A stretch of DNA of 54,705 nucleotides, from positions 1 through 54,705 of IMG/VR virus record IMGVR_UViG_3300045539_000150; one strand, 5' to 3'. Both the position numbers and the translations under genes were made by a program. The stretch is from a virus. Taxonomy: Duplodnaviria; Caudoviricetes. Position 1 is the stretch's first letter; the number at the start of each line of letters is the position of its first letter. The notes under the pieces were generated by a model, which made no database searches, was not told where the DNA came from, and worked only from the letters and a program-made list of their open reading frames with translations. Positions 40,733 through 48,474 of this stretch are shown piece by piece.

Positions 40733-41111
40733 CTAATCTTGCATTTAATGATTCTCTTGCTTGTTTTTGAAGTTGTGCAGATTTCTTTTTATCTTCTTTA
40801 TAAGTTTCTTTATTCTTTGCAGTCATAAGACACCAAGATTCTTCTAACATTTTAATTTCTGCATCATTATAACCTTGTTCTCTCCAAGATTCTATGATAC
40901 CATTTAGTTTTGTCTGTAATTGATTTTCAATATCATCCTGTACTTTGTTTAAAAATGCCTCTTGTGCAGCTTTACCATCTTCACGAGCTTTATCAGCCCA
41001 TGCCTTTCCAGGTCCATCCAACGGACTATACATATTCTTAATCTTTAAATAACCCATTTGGCGCAATTGGTTTCTTCTTTGTTTTCTAGACGGTGTTGTA
41101 TTTTTACTCAT
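40719..41111 (-). CDS. Hypothetical basic/helical protein (130 aa)
   Basis: Coupled ORF; SRKQRR basic N-terminus. Confidence 0.65.
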   Translation of the reverse strand: MSKNTTPSRKQRRNQLRQMGYLKIKNMYSPLDGPGKAWADKAREDGKAAQEAFLNKVQDDIENQLQTKLNGIIESWREQGYNDAEIKMLEESWCLMTAKNKETYKEDKKKSAQLQKQARESLNARLDANS

Positions 41112-41736
41112 TGTAGTATTTATTAATAAATGTTATTACTTCTTCTTTTAAATATTCTTGTAGTTTATTTATCTCAATTTGTGAGACAGCTACCCTTGCA
41201 ATAGTATCTATTAAGTTTTCTTTATTTTCATCTGCATTTTCAATTAGCATATCAAATATCTGTTTATTTGGTATGTTTAAATTTATTATAGCATGCAATG
41301 GTTCTATATTTTTCTTTGAAAGCTTAGCAACTAACGCTTCTAATGGAGATAATTCAGGTACCTTCGTATTGGTTGATGCTACAATTGGAGTACTTTCAGT
41401 TTTAGAAGAAATTTCTCCCATGGACATTGACGTCATTGCATCTGCACCTGGAAATGGCAAATAACCATCAATAACTTCTTCCATAAATTCATCAAGTACA
41501 TTATTAAATATTTGCGTACCATCTTCAAAGTATGTAAATTGGTTATCGGCTGATTTTACCTCAGATATTTTACCAAAGTTTTCTCCTTTTTTCCATTGGT
41601 ATGTTTTTGTAATTTCTTTTACTGCTTCCATTATTTGTGTATTTTCATGATTATATTCCTTTTTAGTAAATTGTTTATTAATCCAATTCGTTAAACTCTT
41701 CGGTAGTTTCATAATATTTAGTTTCAAAATCTTCAA
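41104..41736 (-). CDS. Hypothetical protein (start uncertain, ~200 aa)
   Basis: Coupled ORF. Confidence 0.65.
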   Translation of the reverse strand: MKILKLNIMKLPKSLTNWINKQFTKKEYNHENTQIMEAVKEITKTYQWKKGENFGKISEVKSADNQFTYFEDGTQIFNNVLDEFMEEVIDGYLPFPGADAMTSMSMGEISSKTESTPIVASTNTKVPELSPLEALVAKLSKKNIEPLHAIINLNIPNKQIFDMLIENADENKENLIDTIARVAVSQIEINKLQEYLKEEVITFINKYYNE

Positions 41737-41875
41737 TGAAATCTATTCCATCACAGTCTCCCATCATTGCATCTACTCCTTTAGAATATCTCCAATAAAA
41801 TCTATTACTTCCATTCTCTTTTAGAAAGGTTCTAAGTACTTCTACTTCAGGCACTATTAATTTATTAAAGCTCAT
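41678..41875 (-). CDS. Hypothetical protein (65 aa)
   Basis: Overlaps the dCMP deaminase stop; plausible composition. Confidence 0.55.
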   Translation of the reverse strand: MSFNKLIVPEVEVLRTFLKENGSNRFYWRYSKGVDAMMGDCDGIDFIEDFETKYYETTEEFNELD

Positions 41876-42383
41876 TCCAAACGTTTACTTGTTTAACATC
41901 TATATTTGCCGTTTTCAATAATTCGACACCACTCATATCCCTATAATCCTCGCTATAATATACTTCGGCAATTCCTGCTTGTATAATTAATTTTGCACAA
42001 TCAAAGCATGGACATGTTGTAGTATATAAAGTAGCACCATCACAATTCATCGTTGACTTTGCAACTTTCATTATTGCATTTGATTCAGCGTGTAATACTT
42101 CTCTCTTTGTGATTTGACTTTCCTTTGTACAACATCCATTTTCACAAGAAAATCCATATTCTTCTAATACTAATGCCATATCTGGATTTTCATAATACTG
42201 TGTTTCTGTTTTAATCTCCTCACAATCATTATTAAATCCTTTAGGGGTTCCGTTATATCCAAATGATATAACTTGATTCTCCTTGACAATTACACATCCT
42301 ACTCTGCGTCTGGTTGCATAACTTAACTTTGCAAATTGATATGCAGTTTGCATATAAATAATTTCTATTGGAATTCTTGGCAT
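41865..42383 (-). CDS. dCMP deaminase
   Basis: RRVGCVIV, GYNGTPKG, HAESNAI, PCFDC zinc motifs. Confidence 0.95.
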   Translation of the reverse strand: MPRIPIEIIYMQTAYQFAKLSYATRRRVGCVIVKENQVISFGYNGTPKGFNNDCEEIKTETQYYENPDMALVLEEYGFSCENGCCTKESQITKREVLHAESNAIMKVAKSTMNCDGATLYTTTCPCFDCAKLIIQAGIAEVYYSEDYRDMSGVELLKTANIDVKQVNVWNEL

Positions 42384-42385
42384 AA

Positions 42386-42435
42386 AAAAAGTCTATATAT
42401 GTTTAGTATTATATATAGACTTTTTATTTAGTTTA
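42386..42435 (-). promoter_or_regulatory. Class A motif (42408-42435) overlapping a 15-bp inverted repeat (42386-42425); may also act as terminator
   Basis: TAAAC-N15-TATATAAT; AAAAAGTCTATATAT / ATATATAGACTTTTT, with T7 directly before the ATG. Confidence 0.6.
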
Positions 42436-42446
42436 TTTGTGAGATT

Positions 42447-42926
42447 TTAGATATCCTCTGCGTCAATAGCATCTTTAGTTTCTTTACACTCATTAATTTT
42501 TTTAGAGTAAGCTTCAGCCATTTTATTTAAACATGCTTCAAATGCTTCAGTTTTCATTTCTCCTTGTAATTCAGTAAGTGTGTTAACTGCCATTTTTGCA
42601 ACTAATGCAGCATTTTCAGCCATGTAAGATTCTACAGTATGGTCATCATGTGCATCTTCATCCCATGTTTTTGCTTCAGCCATTGCTGCTTCATAACATT
42701 TTTCTAGCATTTCAGAAACTGGAATTGTTGGATTAATTCCATCACCCTTTCCTGTAATTGTAGTTACTTTTTCTGAATCTTCAGATTCTTGAACTTCTTC
42801 GGCCTCAGCCTCTACTTCAGCAACATCCTTATTTTCAGGTTCAGCTACTGTTTTTACTTTTGTTTCTATTTCTTCAGTTCTATCCATTTCAGAAATAAAT
42901 GTTTCAAATGATTTAATACTTGCCAT
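42447..42926 (-). CDS. Acidic putative head-internal/scaffold-type protein
   Basis: MASIKSFETFISE resembles a capsid-targeting sequence; very Glu-rich; class B motif at 42959-42967. Confidence 0.5.
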   Translation of the reverse strand: MASIKSFETFISEMDRTEEIETKVKTVAEPENKDVAEVEAEAEEVQESEDSEKVTTITGKGDGINPTIPVSEMLEKCYEAAMAEAKTWDEDAHDDHTVESYMAENAALVAKMAVNTLTELQGEMKTEAFEACLNKMAEAYSKKINECKETKDAIDAEDI

Positions 42927-42958
42927 ATTATTTTATTTTTTTAGATTATTATATGAAA

Positions 42959-43285
42959 TTATATATCCTCTTTTTTTAACATATATTCAAAACTAGATGG
43001 AGTGATATGTTTTTGCATTTTTAGTGCCTTAATTATTATAGCAACAATTACACCACCTGGCATAAGTGCTATTGTAGTTAGACCTATTGTTTTTAAAACA
43101 TCTTTAAATTGATTACCTACCCATTCCTTTTGAGAATCTTCTAATATGTGGCCATATATCACATGACCATATAATAAATTAAAAGCCATGTGGGTTTCTT
43201 TTCCTTCAAGTTTTAATGCATAAATAAATCTTTTAAAATTTATTCTAAATTCATCAAGGTGTAGCGAGCTAACATGTTTTTTCAT
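42959..43285 (-). CDS. LETM1-like small protein
   Basis: QKEWVGNQFKDVLKTIGLTTIALMPGG...ITPSSF resembles the LETM1 Q-x-x-D-x-x-K...LPGG...LPS(T/A)F core. Confidence 0.55.
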   Translation of the reverse strand: MKKHVSSLHLDEFRINFKRFIYALKLEGKETHMAFNLLYGHVIYGHILEDSQKEWVGNQFKDVLKTIGLTTIALMPGGVIVAIIIKALKMQKHITPSSFEYMLKKEDI

Positions 43286-44205
43286 TAACTATATATCATT
43301 GAGAAATCCTTGTGGTACTTTTGTAATGCTAATTCCTTTGCCTTTGCTTCTATTTCAATATCTAATTCCATACCATACGTTTCTATAAATTCATATAGAT
43401 AATCGGCATGGGCTCGTAAAATAACTGTACTATCTTCGTGTAATTTTTTAGAAGATGAGTAGTGACATAATTGACGAATATTCTTTGGCCATGTAGTTGC
43501 ACATAAATCTAATGCTTCTTTTTCAGAGATAGAATCCTCATAACAAAAATGGTGGAAGAAGTCAAATGTAATTGGAGTTCCACATAATTTATAAATTTCA
43601 TATAAATCGCGAACACCATATTGACTTGGTTTATCGTCATTTTCTAGGACAAGACGAGATGCTGCACATTCTGGTAATAGTTTAAAGTTTTCTGCAAATC
43701 TTTCTATTGCAGAATCTTTGTCGCCATAAGTTCCACCTACATGGATATTCATCGCGGCGTATGGAGTTCTTGGTAATCCCATTAAATCCATAGCCTTTCC
43801 ATGTTGGGTTAATTCCCATATTGCATTCTGTACTACCTTTGGATTTGGACTTGCAAGAATATTAAAAGGACCTGGGTGGAATGTAAGTCTTTGACCTACT
43901 TTATTTGCATAATCTCCTGCCTGTTTTAATAATACCTTGATATTATTAAAGTTTGGTAAATCTTCTATATCGTATTCTGAATTCCAAGGGAACATGCTAG
44001 ATGACATACGATACATTGTAATTCCATTTGTATGATTCCATTTAAGAATTTCAATCATATCCCTAAGGTTAGCTTCGGCCAATTCACCTGCATACGTAAT
44101 TCCCTTTGCTTCGAAAGTTCTTTTAATCATGCTTCTACCTATCTTAATTCCCTTTTGCTTGTCCAATGTTAAATTGATACAACAATATCCGTAATTTGCT
44201 CCCAT
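43285..44205 (-). CDS. uvsE: UV DNA damage endonuclease
   Basis: GYCCIN, YRMSSSMFPW, RLTFHPGPFNILASP, NIHVGG, LENDD, FDFFHH, HYS, AHAD, IEAKAKE. Confidence 0.95.
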   Translation of the reverse strand: MGANYGYCCINLTLDKQKGIKIGRSMIKRTFEAKGITYAGELAEANLRDMIEILKWNHTNGITMYRMSSSMFPWNSEYDIEDLPNFNNIKVLLKQAGDYANKVGQRLTFHPGPFNILASPNPKVVQNAIWELTQHGKAMDLMGLPRTPYAAMNIHVGGTYGDKDSAIERFAENFKLLPECAASRLVLENDDKPSQYGVRDLYEIYKLCGTPITFDFFHHFCYEDSISEKEALDLCATTWPKNIRQLCHYSSSKKLHEDSTVILRAHADYLYEFIETYGMELDIEIEAKAKELALQKYHKDFSMIYS

Positions 44206-44209
44206 TTAA

Positions 44210-44237
44210 TTTATATTTAAGTTTTTAATAAGGTTTA
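44210..44237 (-). promoter_or_regulatory. Class A motif TAAAC-N15-AATATAAA upstream of uvsE
   Basis: Recurrent motif and spacing; ATG 5 nt downstream. Confidence 0.5.
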
Positions 44238-44504
44238 TTGTACATTTGTTAATTTTGGATATCTATTACATACATCATATAACTGAGTTACCCTTGATGC
44301 CAAGACCGTTGGTAATTCTAATGCGTATAATTGAATATTCTCGTATAAATATCCATCAAATAAACCATACAACATATTTTCCAAGTGGAATGCTGATTCA
44401 GTATCTTCAACGTCAGAATATCTAACGTCCTTAATAAGACTTAAGATTTCATGTCTTGTGTCTTCATTCATGTTTTCGTGTCTGTCAAATTTTGTGTAAC
44501 TCAT
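44235..44504 (-). CDS. Hypothetical protein (89 aa), probably early
   Basis: Directly downstream of cassette copy 2. Confidence 0.65.
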   Translation of the reverse strand: MSYTKFDRHENMNEDTRHEILSLIKDVRYSDVEDTESAFHLENMLYGLFDGYLYENIQLYALELPTVLASRVTQLYDVCNRYPKLTNVQ

Positions 44505-44525
44505 GGTGTTTGTTTTAAATTGTTT

Positions 44526-44606
44526 GTTTTAATTATAATGTAAATATAATCAAAAAAAGCCAAACAAAAAAATGTTTGGCTACTTATTTTCAAAAAGTTA
44601 TTAACA
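44526..44606 (-). repeat. Stem-loop/promoter cassette, copy 2
   Basis: 80/81 identical to 48394-48474; stem AGCCAAACA/TGTTTGGCT plus T-tract, then TATATTTAC and TATAAT. Confidence 0.9.
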
Positions 44607-44608
44607 AT

Positions 44609-44953
44609 TTATTTCCAGAATATCTGTACACAAATTAATATAAATGCAAGTGATAATGATACAATTGTTTTGGTATTTAAAGGTTCATTCATAATCATAT
44701 AAGTTAAAAATGAAAATGCGATCATTCCTGTGGTAAATCCTATAAATCTGCCAGGCCATAACTGACCATCATAATATTCTGCAACATACGCAGTTGCAAC
44801 AATAAACATATATGAAATGCCGGAACCTCCTACAATTGATATTATCATAGGATGCTTCTTAAACCATGGCCAAACAAACTGTCCATTGGTTTGAAACCAT
44901 ATAAGAGATTGTCCCAATAAAAATAATAAAGAACCATAGATTAGATTTTTCAA
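44609..44953 (-). CDS. Small 4-TM membrane protein (DMT/SMR-like)
   Basis: Four hydrophobic helices; NEPLNTKTIVSLSL resembles the DMT E-x-L-x-x-K motif. Confidence 0.6.
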   Translation of the reverse strand: MKNLIYGSLLFLLGQSLIWFQTNGQFVWPWFKKHPMIISIVGGSGISYMFIVATAYVAEYYDGQLWPGRFIGFTTGMIAFSFLTYMIMNEPLNTKTIVSLSLAFILICVQIFWK

Positions 44954-45582
44954 AATAAAGAACCAGTTGAAGTTAATAAATGGGATATAAAACTTGGACG
45001 GTGCGATTCATTTGCACCAATTTCCTTAATAGCCTTAATATGTTGTGCGGTACCATATCCTTTATTAGAATTCCAACCATATCCTGGAGTTTTAATATCT
45101 AACTCCTTCATTAGTGCATCTCTTTCGGTTTTTGCCAAAATACTTGCGGCGGCAATCGATATGTATTTATTATCTCCACCAACTATGGTTTCAAATGGCA
45201 TGCCATCAAATCCATGAAATTGATCTCCATCAATAAGAATAAAATCAAAGTTATTATTTTCTTTGACTTTAGCCAAGCATTCATTCATTCCTTGTAATGT
45301 TGCTCTTAAGATATTGGTAGCCTCAATTTGTTCTGGATAAATGTGAACAATGCTATATGCAATTGCATTATCAAGTACAACTTGTCTTGCATCTTTTCGT
45401 TGTTGTTCATTAAGAAGTTTAGAATCTTTAATAAGGGGGTGTTCAAATCCAAATGGCATAATACATGCGGAAACAGTAACGGGACCTGCAAGGGCTCCTC
45501 TGCCTGCCTCATCCACTCCAATTTCTATTGTTTCTTCTACTCCAGTATAACTTGATTTGAGTAATATTTGTCTAGTTTCCAT
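44950..45582 (-). CDS. rnhB: Ribonuclease HII
   Basis: GVDEAGRGALAGPV, DSKLL, LIDG, GGD...SIAAASILAK, NKGYGT, HRPSF. Confidence 0.97.
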   Translation of the reverse strand: METRQILLKSSYTGVEETIEIGVDEAGRGALAGPVTVSACIMPFGFEHPLIKDSKLLNEQQRKDARQVVLDNAIAYSIVHIYPEQIEATNILRATLQGMNECLAKVKENNNFDFILIDGDQFHGFDGMPFETIVGGDNKYISIAAASILAKTERDALMKELDIKTPGYGWNSNKGYGTAQHIKAIKEIGANESHRPSFISHLLTSTGSLF

Positions 45583-45629
45583 CTATATATTTTTATACAT
45601 ATTATATAGATGGAATTTAGATTGTTTCA
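45577..45629 (-). promoter_or_regulatory. Class A motif (45601-45629) overlapping a 13-bp inverted repeat (45577-45615) that contains the rnhB ATG
   Basis: TGAAAC-N15-TATATAAT; TTCCATCTATATA / TATATAGATGGAA. Confidence 0.65.
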
Positions 45630-46340
45630 TTACTTAAATGGATTATCGATCATCCATTTATCATAGCGTCCTACTACTTCTTGTAGAATTTTAGCTCTAA
45701 CAATATCTGAATTTGAAAATTTATGATGTCCAACTCCATTTATGCCTTGCATTAATTCAATAAATCCAGTTAAACCGGCATTCGCCTTTGGAATATCGTA
45801 TTGACTTATATCTCCGGTAACTAATACCTTTGAACTTTTACCCATTCTTGTGGTGAATAACATAAGTTGTTTAAACGTTGCATTTTGTGCTTCATCTAAA
45901 ATCATAAAGGCATCATCAAATGTATCGCCTCGCATAAATGCAAGAGGTTTAAATTCTATTAGACCATGATGGATTAAACTTTCAGTCAATTCATTTCCAA
46001 CAATTTTTTTAAAGTTAGAAATATATGATTGCATATATGGATCTATTTTATCTGCGATATCTCCTGGAAGGAATCCAAGTTTTTCACCAGATTCCTGTAT
46101 TGGTTTACATAGGATTATTTTTTTTACCTTTTTTTCAGCAAGTAAATACAATGAAGTATAACATGCTGTAAATGTTTTTGAAGTTCCGGCTGGACCAGAA
46201 CAAAACGTTATATCATTTTTTAATATTTGATTGACGTATTCTCTTTGATTATTTTTTAAATTAACGTGCTTAATGTCTTCCTCTTTAACTGACATTTTTT
46301 TAATGGTTGGACCATGTTCAGAACCCGTTTTCTTTTGCAT
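45630..46340 (-). CDS. phoH: PhoH-like ATPase
   Basis: GPAGTSKT, LGFLPGD, LAFMRGDTF, ILDEAQN, VTGDISQYD, DIVR. Confidence 0.96.
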   Translation of the reverse strand: MQKKTGSEHGPTIKKMSVKEEDIKHVNLKNNQREYVNQILKNDITFCSGPAGTSKTFTACYTSLYLLAEKKVKKIILCKPIQESGEKLGFLPGDIADKIDPYMQSYISNFKKIVGNELTESLIHHGLIEFKPLAFMRGDTFDDAFMILDEAQNATFKQLMLFTTRMGKSSKVLVTGDISQYDIPKANAGLTGFIELMQGINGVGHHKFSNSDIVRAKILQEVVGRYDKWMIDNPFK

Positions 46341-46354
46341 ATAATTGAGTATAT

Positions 46355-46612
46355 TTAGTCACCTGCCATTATGACAAGTTCCTTTAATTTTTTAAGTGTT
46401 TCACACTTCTCGTATTCCTCCAGTTCTACAAAATATTCAGTAAGAAGTTCAATAAAGTCGCTTCGTTGTCCAATTCCATGCGGAATATCTATTGTGTTTT
46501 TACTATCCTGATATACGATAAATCGGTTGACAGTTTTTGTAAAATTTCTTGTGATTATATAGTAGCTGGATCGCATCAAAGAGTCTCTTTCCTCTCTTGT
46601 AATTTCTTCCAT
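46355..46612 (-). CDS. Small protein with C-terminal UVR (UvrB/UvrC)-like motif
   Basis: YFVELEEYEKCETLKKL. Confidence 0.65.
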   Translation of the reverse strand: MEEITREERDSLMRSSYYIITRNFTKTVNRFIVYQDSKNTIDIPHGIGQRSDFIELLTEYFVELEEYEKCETLKKLKELVIMAGD

Positions 46613-46709
46613 CTTATTTTAAATGTTTTTACAGTATGTTTAACTATACTTATATTATATATTTAGATGGTTGTTTGATTTAATCTCTAGGGTAAAAAAG
46701 GTTAGTATA

Positions 46710-46889
46710 TTATAAATTCTGGGATTGTTTATATTTTGCTTTACTAATCACTTTTCTTTTTACAATAGATGGTTTTTCAAATTCCTTTCTTTCTCTAAGT
46801 TCTTGTAATTGTTTTGTGGAAAACACTTTTCTTTTTAAATTTTTAAGTGCTTTTTCAATATTACCGTTTTCTACCTTGGTTATAAGCAT
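46710..46889 (-). CDS. rpsU: Ribosomal protein bS21 (59 aa; missed by the ORF track)
   Basis: Manual translation MLITKVENGNIEKALKNLKRKVFSTKQLQELRERKEFEKPSIVKRKVISKAKYKQSQNL; hallmark IEKALK..KRK, ELRERKEFEKPS. Confidence 0.95.
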   Translation of the reverse strand: MLITKVENGNIEKALKNLKRKVFSTKQLQELRERKEFEKPSIVKRKVISKAKYKQSQNL

Positions 46890-47134
46890 GAAAGTTTATC
46901 TATTATTTTTTTTAATTCTTTGCATTTTTCATACTCTTCTCTTTCTTTGAAAAAGTTTAGTACGCTTTGTACTCCATCAATTTTATCTGATATAGGGGCA
47001 TCATGTTTTAAAGCACCCATTTTATCTCCAACTATGGAATTATATATAATTTCCATCATGTCTTCACGCGAAGACTCATGTAATTTTTTAATAAATCTAA
47101 TTTCGTTATTATCGTATTCTTCTAAATCATCCAT
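46880..47134 (-). CDS. Small protein with C-terminal UVR-like motif
   Basis: FFKEREEYEKCKELKKI. Confidence 0.65.
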   Translation of the reverse strand: MDDLEEYDNNEIRFIKKLHESSREDMMEIIYNSIVGDKMGALKHDAPISDKIDGVQSVLNFFKEREEYEKCKELKKIIDKLSCL

Positions 47135-47924
47135 TGGAATCTTTAATCTTTTTTAGTAATTCAATTTGAGAATCTGATAAATTAATAGGTAGAGTTCTAA
47201 GCTTTACCATTAAATTACCGCATCCTTCTGAATTATATATTGGCATTCCTTTTCCAACTACTCTAAGTATTTTAGAATCATGGGAACCTTGAGGAACTTT
47301 AATCCTTACAGTATGAACCTTTGTTTTTACTTCAAATTCACCACCTAATAACATATCGATCCAATCTAAACTAAGGTCGACATAAATATCAGCACCATTT
47401 ACAATAAGATCTATATTTGGTGTGACATTAACTGTTAATATTATATCTCCTGCTCTCGCACCTGTATTGATTGGATGCCTTTGACCTTTTTCTTTGATTT
47501 TAAGTTTCGTGCCATTCGGAATTCCCTTAGGTATATTAATATTAAATCCACCAGTGCCGACATCGATGTACCTTCTTGTTCCTTCATAACTTTCTTCTAT
47601 TGTTATATTTATTGCAACTCTAATATCAAACCCTCTGACATCTCCACCAAATGATTGGTCAAATGCCTGCGAAAAATTATAATTGGCAAATATATCGTTC
47701 CATGCATCATTTACATTAAATGAATTGGAACCTCCTGTTCCGTCATGTTTTCTGCGTTTTATAGGATCGCCTAAAATTTCATATGCTTCTGATATCCTTT
47801 TAAAATGAGAGTCATCTCCTCCTGTTTTATCAGGATGGTACTCCTTTACAAGAGTTCTATACGATTTTTTAATATCGTCTTGTGACGCATCTCGAGAAAC
47901 ATTAAGAGTTTCATAATAATTCAT
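47127..47924 (-). CDS. dnaJ: DnaJ class B (CbpA-like) co-chaperone
   Basis: J domain NYYETLNV...YHPDK...AYEILGD; C-terminal domain GKGMP; no zinc finger. Confidence 0.93.
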   Translation of the reverse strand: MNYYETLNVSRDASQDDIKKSYRTLVKEYHPDKTGGDDSHFKRISEAYEILGDPIKRRKHDGTGGSNSFNVNDAWNDIFANYNFSQAFDQSFGGDVRGFDIRVAINITIEESYEGTRRYIDVGTGGFNINIPKGIPNGTKLKIKEKGQRHPINTGARAGDIILTVNVTPNIDLIVNGADIYVDLSLDWIDMLLGGEFEVKTKVHTVRIKVPQGSHDSKILRVVGKGMPIYNSEGCGNLMVKLRTLPINLSDSQIELLKKIKDSNG

Positions 47925-47926
47925 AT

Positions 47927-48064
47927 CTATTTTTTAGATGATGTTTTATTAGCCTCTTGAATTTTCTTTTTATTTAATGCAACCTCTCTTGATTGCTTGT
48001 TTTCCATGCATACTGCGATACGTAATAAACTATCTGCAATGCTCTTTAATACTTCTTCGTTCAT
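47927..48064 (-). CDS. Hypothetical 45-aa peptide (missed by the ORF track)
   Basis: MNEEVLKSIADSLLRIAVCMENKQSREVALNKKKIQEANKTSSKK; fills the gap and ends 2 nt before dnaJ; GAAAT-N15-AATATAAT upstream at 48081-48108. Confidence 0.6.
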   Translation of the reverse strand: MNEEVLKSIADSLLRIAVCMENKQSREVALNKKKIQEANKTSSKK

Positions 48065-48087
48065 ATTATCTTATTAATATATTATAT

Positions 48088-48372
48088 TTAAATTCTTTCT
48101 AGTATTTCCTTGATTTTAGAACATTTTTCATATTCTTCAACCTCGACGAATATTTCTAGCATTTGATTAAGAGTTATGTTCAAGGCTTTAATATCCAATC
48201 CATTATTCTTCATCATTTTTATATCTATTCCATTTTCTATAATCATATTATAGTTTTCGTTTGCTAATTTCATTTTTAGCTCATACATAGCCTCTTCCAT
48301 CTGTGCCTCTTTTTTCATAGTTTCGATTTCGTTATCTTCCTCGAATAGTTCATTAAAGTTAAAGTCGTCCAT
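48088..48372 (-). CDS. Small acidic protein with C-terminal UVR-like motif
   Basis: IFVEVEEYEKCSKIKEI; downstream of cassette copy 3. Confidence 0.65.
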   Translation of the reverse strand: MDDFNFNELFEEDNEIETMKKEAQMEEAMYELKMKLANENYNMIIENGIDIKMMKNNGLDIKALNITLNQMLEIFVEVEEYEKCSKIKEILERI

Positions 48373-48393
48373 AGTTATATGATTTATTTATTA

Positions 48394-48474
48394 GTTTTAA
48401 TTATAATGTAAATATAAACAAAAAAAGCCAAACAAAAAAATGTTTGGCTACTTATTTTCAAAAAGTTATTAACA
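48394..48474 (-). repeat. Stem-loop/promoter cassette, copy 3
   Basis: 80/81 identical to 44526-44606. Confidence 0.9.

Noticed and set aside
41865-46340. dCMP deaminase, UvsE, RNase HII and PhoH as a novel system
   Set aside because: All are common auxiliary genes of large phages; nothing unusual in their sequences
46609-46670. Fifth start-codon-sequestering hairpin (CCATCT/AGATGG)
   Set aside because: Only 6 bp across a ~50-nt loop; too weak to support
29766-47924. Bacterial chromosome or chimeric contig because of rpsA, rpsU, dnaJ, rnhB, phoH
   Set aside because: These genes are interleaved with T4-like virion genes, lack bacterial operon context and share the phage promoter motifs
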